Shown here: positions 38,980-52,358 of the stretch, in pieces
Numbering within the stretch: the first letter of the stretch is position 1
Layout: each line of letters opens with the position of its first letter
Assembly (NCBI RefSeq): GCF_024521635.1
Contig: NW_026250422.1
Span: forward strand, 248,001 to 312,000
Direction of reading: 5' to 3'
Origin: Tricharina praecox
Lineage: Eukaryota
Length of the DNA: 64,000 nucleotides
Notes under the pieces: generated by a model
Told to the model about the DNA's origin: nothing
The model's input: the letters and a program-made list of their open reading frames with translations, nothing else
Databases searched by the model: none
Made by a program: the position numbers and the translations under genes

Positions 38980-40938
38980 TCGATTAGGTGTGTGAATGGT
39001 AATCGTGGGAAAGGGTGGTTAGGTAGGAGGTGAGGGAGGGTGGAAGTGTTGGAGCTTTTGTGAAGGAGGGGGGTTGATGTTTTTCTTTGGCGGACTGGGG
39101 TTGTTGGTTGGTGGGAGGGAGTTGTTGGTTAGGGTTGAGGAGTTAGTGCGGATTGTGGTTATCGGAAGTGGTGGGGTGGGGAGGGGGAAACCAAGGGTTT
39201 CCGATGTGACTTTTTGCTGGCCTTGGTTCTGTGGCGGGTAAATTCGAAGCGAGGCTGCTGCGGGGGGTGTCGTGTGTTGGGAACAGAGCGGAAGACGAGT
39301 TGTCGAGGAAGAAGAGGAGGAGGGGGAAGGAGAAGATAAGGAGGACGAGGGAGAAGGATAGGGTTTTGTCTTGTGGCGGGATTTTGTCTGGATGCCAGAG
39401 GGATTCAAACTGTATCTCGAGAAGATTTTTAGCCTCGTTCGAAATAGGTGCAGAGTGAGAAGTTATGAATGTGATGAAATTAGGAGGAGTAGTTTAGGGT
39501 GTGAGAAGAGGAGAAGGAACGAAGAGGGCGAAGGGAGGAAGGGGGCGGTTATACGAGCAGCAAACACTTGAAGAGTAGGAACAGGAGGAGATTTAGAATG
39601 ATTTCAGGAACAGCTTGAGCGAGGCAGGGCTTTTGAAGTTGAAAGCGTTCGAGTGAGAGTGGGTAAGCTAAGCTAGAGGTGTGGGTGAAAGCCGGGGAAT
39701 TCAAAGCGGAAAGCAAAGAAGTGGCATTCAACTTGTGGGAGAGAGGGGGGGGGGTGGGGAGGGAGGAGGGTCGAGGAACAGGCAAGAGAGGGTTGAAAAG
39801 TAAGAGGGCAAGGGGAGGAGAGACTGAGAGAGTATGCTGTGCGCGATGCATGTAGCTCGGCCACACTCACTCACTCTCATACTTCCCACCCAGCCCGCTC
39901 TCGACCGCTCTCGACCGCTGGTGCGGCTCTGGTCTGGTCTGGTCTGCACCCATGCTTCAGTGCCGTCATCGCCCGCAGGCCGCACCGATCACCGCCGACC
40001 ACACCGGCGGACAGAGCAACCAACCAACCAACCGAAAGACTGAACACGGGGAAAAAGGAAAAAGGAGGATTTTTCATGGTATCAAGCAAGCAAGCAGTGG
40101 AGGCTGGGTATGGTCATGAACGATAGATAAGTAGAATAGAAACTAAGGCGAGAAACATGTGGAGTCCCACGAGAATACAGCGCATATCGACACCGTTCTC
40201 GTTCGCTCGACACATGCAATATATCCACACAGCAAAACAGCATCCTCTTGCTCTCCACTCCTCTCCCCATGTTCTGTTTCTTCCTCTGTGTTTCTCGGTC
40301 TCTCCTCTCCACTCTTCCTTTCTCTCTCTCTCTTTCTTTCTCTTTCTCTTTCTCTTTCTCTCACTCGCTCACTCTCACTCTCACGCACACAACATACATG
40401 CACTCTCAATGCAGCGCAGCGCAGCTCAGCTCACCTTTAATATAGAAAAAAAAAGAATGAAGTCCTTATTCCAGCGAAGGCGAAGCCGTACGTACGGTCT
40501 ATCGGGGTCGTAGGATCGTAGGATCGAGAACGAGATCGGGATGGCGGGGTGGAGTGGTGGAGTGGTCGACGACAATTGTCAGTCTGTTTCTCTCGAGGAA
40601 ACCGCTCGCAGTTGCCGCGAGCTGGCAACGGAAAAAAGGGAAGGGAACGCTTCCGATGTCGAATATCCGAGTCGCGCGTAACTGAGCAGAGATGCTGTGT
40701 ATTCGAACGCGATCACCCTCTAGATTAGTCTAAGGGTCCGCTGGGTAGTGGGGTGGGGTGGGGGAGGGGGGGAGGTGTTCGGTGGGTGGGAGGAGGGGAA
40801 GAGGGAGGAGGAGGAAGGGAAGAGAAAGAAGAAGAGGGAAAAAAAAAAGAAGAGGAAAAAGAAGAGAAGGAAGTGGTGGTGCTGCTGCTGCTGCTGCTGG
40901 TGGTAGGGTAGGTCGGGCCAACAGGCAACAGGGTATGC

Positions 40939-40974
40939 TGTGTGTGTGTGTGTGTGTGTGTGCGTGTGCGTGTG
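40939..40974. repeat. (TG)n dinucleotide microsatellite
   Basis: Direct reading of the sequence. Confidence 0.9.
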
Positions 40975-43349
40975 GAGTGGGGAGTGTGGACGCTGGACTC
41001 TGGTGGTTAGTTAGCGGTGGGCGTGCGATAATAGACTCCCGCCAAGGAACTGTGAATCGAGGCAACACGAAGGCGATGACTGTAGAGAGTACATAGACGC
41101 ATAGAGTACTTGCACATAGCGTTAAACTTCTCCTTCGAAAGGCTGCGCAGAGCAGAGTCTGTCCACTTCGTGTGCTCTACATATCTCCAGACGCCCTCAG
41201 AGTCCACAGCTCTTATGACGGCAGAGCACCTACTTGGATACCGTAGACTCTACATGGAGTATCAGTGTCTACGGTACATGGGGTCCCCAGCAGGGCAGAC
41301 CATCAGCCCCGCAGCCGGCCAGCATGCCAGCGGCCAGCCAAGTGGAGTAGGTATATCATACAAAGGTATACCGCACACGGAGCTGGGGGCTATATCATAG
41401 GTAAGGTAAACGCAGTATACGCAGCGGTGCTCAGTCGGCGGAAGATTGCAATCGCCAGTAACTCATAGCTCTACTCTACCCTCCGTAAAGAAGGCAAGCA
41501 CGAAGCGAAAGTGAAAGAAAGAAGAAAAGGGAAAAAAGAACCACTCGCTGGCTAGCGACCCCGGCCTCGGGCATTCCAACGGCGGGGATAGTTATCCAAG
41601 ACCCCAGCCCAGCCCCCTCGATCGAGAAGAGAAGCTCTCCCGTCCGTCCGCCCGTTCATTGGAGCCCGGCAAAGAGACCAGTCGAACCATTGGAACGACA
41701 GGACACAGGTAGCATAGAAGGGAGGAGGAGGCGGAGCTGTGTTCTGTGTTCTGTCCGCATTCGATTTGCCATCCACATACTCGAGCTCCATTCAAAGCCG
41801 TTGGTTCGCAACTTCGCAGCCCCCATCGACGTCCCAGTGAGAAGCAGAGTAATCATATGTGCCTATGTGGAGTACCATACACGACACCAACGGCCCGTCC
41901 GCAATAGTTCTGGCGGACTGGATGATGTGCCGATAAGACGTGAAGCTAGGTACCGGTAACTGCTGCCTCGCCCGCCAGTCCGTGCACACTCGAGGATACA
42001 TATGGATTTGTCTTGTTCTTTCCTTCTTCTTCGCCTTCTTCTTCCTCGCCTGCTTCTTCGCCAGAAGCAGGCATGTCGACACAGAGCCGCACCCTGCGTC
42101 TCTGCTCTAGTTACTGGTTAGTGATGGTTTCAAGTGACGTGGACTGGCAATGCTTTTGCTCGCATGAAGTATGTAATCTCTCCAGGCGAAGCGAAGGGCG
42201 GGAAGGCCGGACGAACAAACGGCAACGATCGTCTTCTCCGGTAATACACACCGAGACGGAGAAGGGTCGAAATCTACAAGTAAGCACACATCACGCAGCC
42301 ATCTACTCTGCAAAGGTAGGCATGACTGAGTACCGGTAGCGGTACATACTACTCCACCACCACCTCCCTTCATCTCGGGGACAGCCGGACTTAGAGCAAC
42401 TATCCCGTCGCCGTGCGCTCTTACTTCCAGCTCTGGCCGAGCGAGCGATCCGGCATTGCATCAGGGCTTCTAGAGTAAGTCCCCAGCTCCCACCGCCCAC
42501 CGCCTCCATCGCCCCATCGCCCCATCGCAAAAGACAGTCACCGGCGCACCGTGCAGTTCGTGCAGTTCGTGCAGTGCACACCCTTGAGCCTTCGCTTTCG
42601 CTTGCAAACAAAAAACAAAACAGATGGTGGATGCATGGAAGCGGAAGAAGAGGAAGAAAAAAACCGCAAAAATAAATGGAAAATGAACGGGAAAATAGAC
42701 GGGAAAATACCGTAGCTGAGCGGTGTGCATGTCGTCGGATTGAAACGGACGTACAATACTACAATACCTAGGATGGATGTAGAGTGCTCTACAAAGCTAG
42801 CGGGCGCGGGCAAGCGGGCGGGGGTCGAATGTGGACGAGCCGCCGCCAGGGCAAGGGGGGGTAGTCGCTTGCATGTGAAGATTGGGATGTTAGTAGAGGT
42901 GGAGGGGTGAAGTGTCGTGCAGACAGCCACAGCGAAGAAGGTGCAAGCAGGCAAGAGGCAAGAGAGAGGCCGAGACCTGCTGCTGAGAACAGAACACGGA
43001 GCGAGAGCCAAAGTCCGCACGCCAAGCGCTTTGTATGTAGAGTACGATCGAGGCTCCCGCTCGATGGTGAACGCAAATCGTCGGTCTGAACCAAACCCTC
43101 TCTCTCTCGCCTCCGTCCAGACTCCAGACCATGGTCTGCTCCAACATCGTTCGACCATGTCATGTGTGTAGGCCGCTTATCCCCTCTGCGCACTAGTACC
43201 GGTACGTACTTGGGTGTTCTACATACCCTAATACCTTAGAGCCCTCTCGCCATTCATCGTTCCAGAGCATGTAGAGCACACAAGTGCCGTAAGTGAGTAC
43301 GGTACTCTGTTGAGCCTTTCACATCACTTCCACGCACCAGCTCCAACAT

Positions 43350-43434
43350 CATCTCCCCATTGGATTATTGAACCATCTCCCCATTGGATTATTGAACCAT
43401 CTCCCCATTGGATTATTGAACCATCTCCCCATTG
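43350..43434. repeat. 24-bp perfect tandem repeat CATCTCCCCATTGGATTATTGAAC, about 3.5 copies
   Basis: Units at 43350, 43374 and 43398, with a partial unit at 43422. Confidence 0.95.
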
Positions 43435-44941
43435 AATCACCATCCATCGCTGCCCTTACCTTCCTCGCTCCCTCCCATCCTTCCATCCTTCTTTCCATCC
43501 CCTCGCCGCAGCCGTTGCAACAAAAAAAAGTAACCCCCCTCCTCCCGAAAGAAAAAAAAGCAAAAAAGAAGAAGAGCGCCACCCGCTATTGACCGCACCC
43601 AATCGCCGGCGATTAAACCCTCCAGAGCACAAGCAAGAAAGAAAGCAAACCCGTGGTGAGGTCAATGGGGGCATATCGTCATCGAGCATAAAGCTGGAAG
43701 GGTGGGAGGGAGCCTTTTTTTTCTTTGCCACGGAACATTGCCACGGAACGAAAAGAAGTTTCCAAAGTGAAGTGAAGTGATGGCATGGCTAGGCATGCGG
43801 AATTATCTCCGGCTCCTAGAGTGAGCGCATTGAGCGCTGATCCCCAAGGCGAGGTGGAGGTGGGTGGCCAGATCGGTAGGTGGTGGGCGGTGCGTGGTGG
43901 GTGGTACACACAGGCGGAGACGCATCGCATCGCATCGGTGCTCACTCGTAACTCCGAAGACCAGCTCAATGGCACGGTACGGTTGGTCTATCCACCACTG
44001 CTCCGTTCACCTTCCGGGCCGCAAGGGACGCCGGATGGGGCTGCTATCAGCAATAGACTATCTCGCATGTGCTCTACACTGTGTGGGTCACGTGTACCTG
44101 GGCCTTCGACTTCTCTTCTCGGCGGTTGATGCTCACAAATCCATCAGGAATAATAGATCCACTACATATGATAGATTGGATGTGGCTGTTGTGAGGTGCT
44201 CGGTGCTGTCACGTCCGCCAGAGTGGTGTCGTACCCACCGCAGTTCATGAAGACGGGTACATATGAGTACCAATTGCCGTGCACTCCCCAGTGAAGCTGG
44301 AGTCGACAGCTGGACCGCTGGCCGGGTGATCGCACATGAAACAGGCCATTTCGCGTGGGGACAAGACGGCAGCTACTGTAGACCTAGAAATGTCGATGCT
44401 ACTACTGGTAGTACCGGTATACCGACCTGGTCAACGTCTAACAGAGCAGTCTACGCCAGCAAAGACTCGAATTCAACATTCTGCAGTTGCTGTATAGTAG
44501 TGCCTCTCATTCCAGGTACATAGCATAGGTAGAAGCCAAGCTCCAAGAACCCGCTATCTGCAAGTTCACCAGAAATGACTCGCGCATGTAGCATGCACGG
44601 ACCACCTACCTCCTACCGCCAAGCCCACCAAGCCCACCAAGCCCACCAAGCCCACCGGGTAACAAACGACCGGGCACGGCACCCAAGCCAATTAAGCTTC
44701 ATTCACGTCGCACCGGAGTCTCGCGGTGCACATCGCGAACGACAGACACGACAGCATAGACAACATACACCACCTTCGCACCTCCGCTTCACCTTACCAC
44801 GCACCACCTACCACCCTCCGTCGCCCACCCCCTTCGCCCATCGCGCTCCATTCGTCCGCTTCTCACAAACACCCCACCACCGCACACCCTCCAAATCCCA
44901 AATTCCGAACTTCCAACCTTCCAACCTTCCAAACCCCAACC

Positions 44942-46283
44942 ATGCCGAAACCAAAGCAGAAGGAAATTAGCCTCGACGACATCCTGACCAAGAGTACCTC
45001 GCGTCCCCGCCCCATCCTCCCCATCCCCTCCGCCCCCCCTCGCGTCCCCGTCCCCGTCCCGTCACGGAATCTGCACCGTAGTTCGATGACTGACCCTCCT
45101 CCCACCCAGAACGCCGCGCCGAAGCCTCTCGCAGAGCAACGGAGATCATGGGCGCTGCGGCGCGCCGCAGCAGCCACGGCGTCACTCACGCCAACACCCA
45201 CGGCCACGCCAACAGCCACGACATCACCCACCCCAACCCCCACGGCCGCCCCAGCCCCAACCCGCGCGCCGGTTCCGGTGCCGGCTTCATAGGCTCCAGC
45301 GCAGTACGCGTCGGCGACCCGCAGGCCGTCTCCGGCTCCGGCGCTAGAGCTGTATCGACTGTGGCAGCGACAGGCAGGTGGAAACATGATCTCCACTCGC
45401 GTGTGAATCCGGATGCGAGCCGCGTTTCGAAGTCGAAGGGTGTAGGCGTGGGAGTGGGGAAGGGTGTGGGAGTGGGGAAGGGCGTGGGTACCAGGGTTAG
45501 TCCCGCTGTGGCGAAGCAGTTGCAGGGCAACAGGTTGTTTGCGGCGTTGCATGGGGATCAGGTTGAGGTTCGGGGGGGAGGGGGCGCGGGGAGAGGTAGT
45601 GGAGGGGGAGGGGGCGGCGGCGGTGGTGGGGGGGTTAGTATTCTCGGGCAGGGGCAGGGACGGGGTCAAGCGCAGAGACCGAAGGCTGCTGAGCCAGCGG
45701 CGGCGGCGGCGAGCGGCGGCTTCCAGATCCGCGGCGCAGCGGGGCCATCAGTCGTGCAGGCGAGCAATTTCGCGCCGGGGACTACGGCTGAGGATATCCG
45801 ACACGCGATGCAGGCGCTGGGGAAGATCCTCAGCTGCATCATCCTCACCGTGTCGCCCAGCGTCATTGCCGAGATCGTGTTTGAGACTAAGCAGGCGGGT
45901 GATCGGTGCATACAGCTGTATAACGGGCAGAAGGCGGATGGTTTGTCCCCTCTCTCCCCCAACCCACCCCCCCGACGACGAGGAGGATGGCGAGGATGCT
46001 GACGGTAGTAGGCCGCACGCTCCATGTCCAGTTCAAGAACTTCCCGCCCGTCGCCTCGCTGTCGGTTTTCCAGCAGCAGCAGCAGCAACACCAGCAGCAA
46101 CACCAGCAGCAGCAGCAGATGCAGCAGCTGGTGCGGTCTAGGGATCCCTTCGCTGAGCGCGAGGAGGCGGATCGCAAACGCCGTGAGCAGAATATTCACT
46201 TCCAGGATGGCCGCTACGGGCTCAAGCCGCCGCCCATGTACTCTGATGCGCTGCTGCAGAAGGGGAGGGGGTTTGGGCAGTAG
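44942..46283 (+). CDS. Gly-rich protein with a C-terminal RRM-like domain and polyQ tract (exons 44942-44993, 45110-45940, 46012-46283)
   Basis: MPKPKQKEISLDDILTK|KRRAE splices in frame to ORF 45148. GRWKHDLH motif, IRGAAGPSVVQASNFAPGTTAEDI...AEIVFE...CIQLYNGQKADGRTLHV (RRM-like pattern), and C-terminal FQDGRYG. Confidence 0.8.
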
Positions 46284-46868
46284 TGGGGTGCGGGTGAGGT
46301 GGGACGGCGGGGGGAGGGGAGGGGGGAAAACTTACATACACTTGTAGCTGGATGCGGCTTGTGACGGGCTTGTGACGGACTTGTGACGCGGTTTTCGATT
46401 TCAGTTCACCTTCATTACTTGAGCGAAGCCCTCTACTATACTCGCTCAGCTACCTAGGGATCATCTGTTTACTTGTTTTTCGCGTTATCTTTTTATTTTG
46501 TTTTGTCATGTTTTGGTGCTTCTCTGCACGTGTACAGTACCCCACATCTCTAGTTGAAGCGTTGCATTTGTGTTCACTGATGATCCGGTCGATGGTTAAT
46601 GAGGATGAGGAATTGGTGGTTGTTTGGCTGGTTGAACGGTTCGATTGATATCACTCGCGTTCGAGTTCGAGTCTGGGTGATCACTCCTGCCTCTGTAATC
46701 TATTCCTAATATCTTCATCGTAATATACACCCCCACCAAAAATCTTCGAAATATAGCATATGTAGAGTACATGTACATGCAAAATTCAAACGCCTACCTG
46801 AGTACTATACTTATACCGCCGTCTTATGCAAAAGACAAAAAGCAAAACAAAGCAAAACACCAGACCAT

Positions 46869-49272
46869 CTAAATATTCGGGCTCAGCAGATCATACTTGA
46901 CACAGTCCTCGATGATCTCGATGGAGCTAGTGACGAACTGTCTAGTTTCCAGTGCGATCCAGACCTTGAGCAGTGACAGCGCGCCCGGGTTATAGGGCGA
47001 CTCGGCGGATGCGACGGGGCTCATAGCGGCGCCGGCGCCCACAGCCCTCAACATGGGCAGAGAACTGCGTCGAGCAGCTTAGCGGCGGACTCGGCAAACA
47101 TGTCCGAAGCGACATACCTCTTGAGGAGATCCATGTTCGGATCGAGAGCGCGGCCGATGCCCTCGAGCAGCAGCATGGACAGCACGACGTTGACGAAGTC
47201 GCCTTCCATGCGCACGTGGTGCGTCCGCACCATCGATAGCACGTCGCCGAGGATGTCGCCGAAACTAATGTTACCGAGCGCGAGCGTGCGCGATTTGACC
47301 GCGAGCACCAGGTGCTCCATCTTCAGCGCGAATACTTCGCCGTCGAGCACGGTGGACGGCGACCGTGAGCGGGCGATCATTAGGTGCCCTGCGCGGTAGC
47401 CGTCAAATTCGGCGATCGCCCGGAAGAGGTCGAGGAAGTTGCGGCGGTTGGTGCTGTTGAGTTCTGTTACTAGGCCGGCGTCGATGAAGACGAGCTGTGG
47501 CCGGTAGCCTTCTGCGTCGAGCGCGGCGAGCTCGGCTGTCCATGCGGTCGGATTGCTACGGTGGGGAGTGAGGCGGGAGCGGACATCTGCCGTGCCATCT
47601 TCGTGATTGGACTTGGAGGAAGGGGCCGAAGAGAAGAAAGGGATCCGAGAGAATAGAGGTAGCTGTGAGCTAGGTTTTAGGAACCGAATCATGATGTTGC
47701 CCGGGTGGAGGTCCGAGTGGATGAAGTTATCGAGGACCAACATGTGCTACACCAGAAAAATATTCAGCTCCCAGAGAGCGGAGAGAAACAAGAGTGCTGA
47801 GTTTACCAGAAATGCATCGAGGCCCATATTAGCGATTCCTTCCTGGTAGTTTCCGCCGCCGCACTCAAGGAAAGCGCTGAGCGGCATGCCGTGTGCGAAC
47901 TCTTCGATCAAGATATCCCTCGTCGTGTAGTCGCGATATGGGGTGGGGAAAGTCACGGTGGTCCGGCCCTTGAAGTTTGCGCGGAACTTTGCCAGATTTT
48001 CGGCCTCGATCCGTAGATCCATCTGCAACCGCATCATGCCACTGAACACATCCACTTCGTCCGGGAACGACAGCCATTCCAGCGTCGGCACCGCGTTGAT
48101 GAGGGTAGCAAAGAAGCGCATTATCCGGAGATCACGATTCACAATCTTATCCACACGCGGGTGTATCACCTTGATGGCGACATGTGACGACGGCGGTCCC
48201 TCTGGCGGCGAACTCTTTACCAGGCCCTGCACCTTCTCGCGCAGATTCCGCCGAAAGTTCCGTTCTTCCTTCCTCTCGGGCGGCAATAGGTCGGGCTTGA
48301 TCTTTGCTTTGTAGACCTGCGCAATCGCACCGACTCCCAGCGGCGTCTCGTCAAATTCCTCAAAGATGTCTTCGAACTTGCGGCCGCCGAACGCCTGGCT
48401 GACTATCCGCTTGGTAGCCCGCAGGGAGTGCGCCTTCGCGTTGGAGTGGAGCTTCGACAGCATCTCGCACAGCTCGGTCGGGAAGATATCGGTCCTCGAA
48501 GCCGCCCATTGTCCTAGCTATAATATATTTTTCTTTCGCTCAGCAATCCGCAACCTGGACGGGTGATGGTGGTGATGGTGGCAGCAGCAGCAGCAGCAGC
48601 AGCAGCCGCAGCATGATTCCCAACCTTAATAAACGTAGGCCCAGCCCTCTCCAAGCTCCTGAGCAAGAAAGCGTACCACCATAGCGTGCCTGAGCGCTCA
48701 CCACTCCTCTCCTTCCTTCGCTCGCCCACATAGATCAACGGAATCGTCAGGATCAGCGGCGCAAATATCGTGACGAGCGTAATAAACCGAAACCCCGTCG
48801 CGATCGGCTCGATGATGTAGTCGATCAGGAACAGCCGCGTGCGCCGCAGCATCCGGTATACCAGTGGCCGGTCGCGCGGCGTGTGGTGTCGATCCCGCCG
48901 CTCCCGCTCAGATTCCTCCAGCATCAGCTGCTCCGTCGTCTTCTCTGGCGCTGGCGGTGCTGTCTCCGCCGACTCCGCCTCCGCCTTCGCCTCCGCCTCC
49001 GTCAGGAGTACCGGCGCCGTGAGCGCGAGCCCGAGTGCTGTTAAAGCTCCTAAGCCCACGACGCGTAATGTGTAATTGCTACCGCTGCTGCTGCAAGGAG
49101 GAGGAAGCTGCTGCCCTGGTAGCCGCTGCTGAAACGTCGCGGTTCCGAAGGCGCTGCTGCGATGTTGTGTATGACGTATTGCGGAGCTCCATGTTGCAGT
49201 TGTGCGGCGGAGGATGTGCAGGGAAGGGGAGGAGAGAGGTGTTGTACGAGCGCGAAGGAAGACAGCTCGCAT
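46869..49272 (-). CDS. CQD1: ABC1/UbiB atypical kinase, mitochondrial, Cqd1 (YPL109C)/ADCK2-like
   Basis: LERAGPTFIKLGQWAASRTDIFP, PLGVGAIAQVYKA, VAIKVIHP, DNFIHSDLHPGNI, FIDAGLVTEL, LLLEGIGRALDP. R/S/T-rich presequence-like N-terminus. Confidence 0.88.
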
Positions 49273-50650
49273 GTCTGTTGAAGCGGGCGTTGTTTTCGAT
49301 TCGATACAATTCGAGGCGGGGTATGTAGGGAGGGCGCGGCTACAGTTACTACGGTAGCTATCTATTCGAGTCGTGACGGGTAGGATCAAGACAGGAGGAC
49401 AGCCATAGGGGGAGGGGGGTTAGGATAATTACTTCTATGACTCCATGCGGCGTGGTGAAGTTATGCTCGGATGGAGCTTAACCAAGAAACGCTTCGGCGC
49501 AACCAATGACGCCGTGCCCTCCGTAGTTCGCCGGTGCCGGCATGTGCCATCCATCATCCATGGGAGCCAGAGCCGCAGACATCGGGAAGCACTCGTCTTG
49601 CCAAAAGAGGCCATGATCTACTTGGTTACTCTACTCCAACAATATCGAATGCGAATGATGATCTCGCAAAACAAAATATAAACCAGAACACAGCCTGCCT
49701 GCCAGCCAGCCTGCCTCGCAGCCTCGCCCACCAGACCAGCCACATACATACCGGTACGTGGAGGACCCAGCGCCGACTCAGCACCGGACCGCCCGTAGCA
49801 TCATCACCATCCAACCACCCACGATCCGCACAGCGGGGCCACGTACTCGTAGAATAGGCACCTACACATACCGTATTATGTAGAAACGTTTACTCCAGGC
49901 CCCCTCCAGAACCCAAAAGCCCACCGGAACCAAAGATCGCAATTTAAACCACCGAATCCCGATCCGTATCCTAACGCTGCGCACAATGCACATTCCAGCC
50001 AACTACCAACTGCCAAACTAACAAGTTGCTGAAGCTGATGCTATCATCACGACTGCTCACGGCTGCTCACGACTGATCATGTTGTGGCATGCGCAGTCAG
50101 TCACTGCAGTGTGGCGGCGTCACGCGCGGCCCCTCCCCCCTCGACTCCCTCAGGCCCCCGACTCCCGAGTCCAGAGTCCCAAGTCCGAAAATACTCGTAC
50201 ATGGCTGCGCGCGGCCCGTCTTGGGAATCTGGGATTGGTAGGTATCGAACGAGGACGCGCACCACGGAGCACTCGCCACCACCGAGTATGCCAGTGTAGA
50301 GTAATCATTCCCCCCAGACAAACGGACGGACGGACGGACGGGGACGGGTAGGCACTGCTCCAGTGCTCCTTGAGTCCCTGACCTTTGCATTTGCCTTGCG
50401 TCCGTTCCGTTCCCGACTGCACGGCGCAAGCGTGTCTGACCATGCCCATGCTACCCATGCGTCCCGTGCTGCCTCCACTGCACGGTAGCTGGCTGGGTAC
50501 ATACCGCTACATACTGTTACATACCACGAAAACGGTCGTCAGCTGCTGTGTTCTAGTTACACGCCTCGGGCGAAGTTGAAGCTGTGATGTTGGGATACTA
50601 GGATGTTGGGATGTCGCCTCCGTGGCGGTGGCGCGCAGCGGCAGCGGCGA

Positions 50651-50710
50651 CGGTGCTGGTGGTGGTGCTGGTGGTGCTGGTGGTGCTGGTGGTGCTGGTG
50701 GTGCTGGTGG
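50651..50710. repeat. (GGTGCTGGT)n nonanucleotide/trinucleotide repeat
   Basis: Direct reading of the sequence. Confidence 0.85.
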
Positions 50711-51317
50711 TCATGGTGGCTGACTGCAATCGCTATTCCGAGACTGTGTAGCCACCCCCGCTTGGCTGTGCTGTGCTGTGCTGGGCCCAGCCACGGAATG
50801 CTGACGCCGGTACATAACAATAGAGTGCCTGAGTAAGGACTTGCTCGTGGTAGTTGCATTACTCGTCAATGCCAATTACCGCGCATGTAGGTGTATAGTA
50901 GATGTATCTGGATACAGTAGATGTAGATAGATGTAGATGTAGAGAATTCTATTCTATTCTATATGCCGCGACCCCAATATCCTAAGATCCCACGATGCAA
51001 GTGACATAGCGACATGACCCCCCAACAAGTATCGCCCAAAACATATCGCCCAAAACAAAAAACAAATCTAATACGGCGTGCATGCAAAAAGCAGTGATCC
51101 CACTGCCCCAGGTAGTATGTAAAAAGTACCCACCACCAACTCCAGAACCCAGCCCGTGATCAATGTGAACGCAGATAAAACAAAGACCAAAACCAAAAAC
51201 AGAACCAAAAACAGAACCCAGCCAGCCAACCCATGGAAAAAATCAAAACTCCACCCGCTCCGAAGCAAACACAAGCAAAAATAAAAGGAAATCGGATGAA
51301 AAAAAATGAAAAATGAA

Positions 51318-52358
51318 TCAGTCGCGCTCGCCGGCACCCAAGAACTTAGTGTAACTCTTCTTGCGGAAGACGCTCTTCCAACGCCACGAGGAGCAACCCG
51401 CCGGTGGCGGAGACTCAGCCGAGACTCTGACATCGTTACACTTCTCCGCCAGCGAGTCGACGTATCTGATCCACGTATTCTCGAGGACCATCTGTCTCAC
51501 GCTAGCCTCAGCCTTATCGAAGACCTCTAGGGTGATCTCGACGGCCTCCATCCGCACCGGCAGCAGCGTGGGCGACTGCGGCGGCGACATCCACTCGTGC
51601 TCCGACGGCGGCGACGACGAGTGCGCGGGCGCGATCACAGTGATCCCCAGCGTCTCCTTCAGCAGCACCAGTTCCGCTGTGGCCGCGGCGAAATCCGAGT
51701 TCCCTGTTGTCCTGCGGCGGGCGTGGAGCCCCACGCCGCCGCCGCCGCACGTCACGTCGTCCGCGAACGGGACGATGCACGATTTCTCCTCGGCGGAGGA
51801 CGCGGCCACGGAAGACGATGACGATGATGACAAAGAGGTGCACGAAGCTGTGGGCGCGCCGAATACCCGCTCCAGGCTCCGGTACACGGCGTCCTCGATG
51901 TTGAGTGGGAAAGCGGCGGTGTCGCGGTCCACGAGCCGGCGCCAGATCTTCTGTGCCTCCTCGCGGCGCCGCCGTTGCTCGCTCTCGGAGGCGGGGGCCC
52001 CGCCCGCGGCGTGGTGCCGCCACTTGGCCTTCCAGATCTCGACGCTCTTCAGGAATAGGATGTTCTCGCCCGACAGCTCGGTGTTAGCCGCGAACGAGTG
52101 CAGCCGCTCGATGTCGTTGCCGAGAGCGGCTTGCAGCGCCGCAACGGAGTATTTGGTGAATTTCGTGTTGAGGCATGCGGTCGCGGTCGCGCTCGTGCTG
52201 CTGGCTGTAGCCGTGCTTCTGGATCGGGACCTAGCGGTGGAGGGCGCGACGGATGGGCTGGACGTGGTGGCCGAACGGCCCCGACCGCCGCGGGACTTTT
52301 TTGACGCATGGGCGGGTGTTGCTGGTGGTGGTGAGAACGAGAGGTGGTCCGTGGGCAT
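51318..52358 (-). CDS. RGS-domain protein resembling the C-terminal half of fungal GprK-type GPCR-RGS, with no 7TM region seen; start uncertain
   Basis: YSVAALQAAL...IERLHSFAANTELSGENILFLKSVEIWK, AQKIWRRLV...FPLNIEDAVYRSLERVF, VFDKAEASVRQMVLENTWIRYV. High GC3 codon usage. Confidence 0.8.
   Translation of the reverse strand: MPTDHLSFSPPPATPAHASKKSRGGRGRSATTSSPSVAPSTARSRSRSTATASSTSATATACLNTKFTKYSVAALQAALGNDIERLHSFAANTELSGENILFLKSVEIWKAKWRHHAAGGAPASESEQRRRREEAQKIWRRLVDRDTAAFPLNIEDAVYRSLERVFGAPTASCTSLSSSSSSSVAASSAEEKSCIVPFADDVTCGGGGVGLHARRRTTGNSDFAAATAELVLLKETLGITVIAPAHSSSPPSEHEWMSPPQSPTLLPVRMEAVEITLEVFDKAEASVRQMVLENTWIRYVDSLAEKCNDVRVSAESPPPAGCSSWRWKSVFRKKSYTKFLGAGERD

Noticed and set aside
43350..43434. 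CRISPR-like array
   Set aside because: The repeats abut with no spacers, there are no cas genes and the context is eukaryotic.
46577..46700. TGATGA as a snoRNA C box or hammerhead core between convergent genes
   Set aside because: No matching CTGA D box with an rRNA guide, and no GAAA core with flanking stems.
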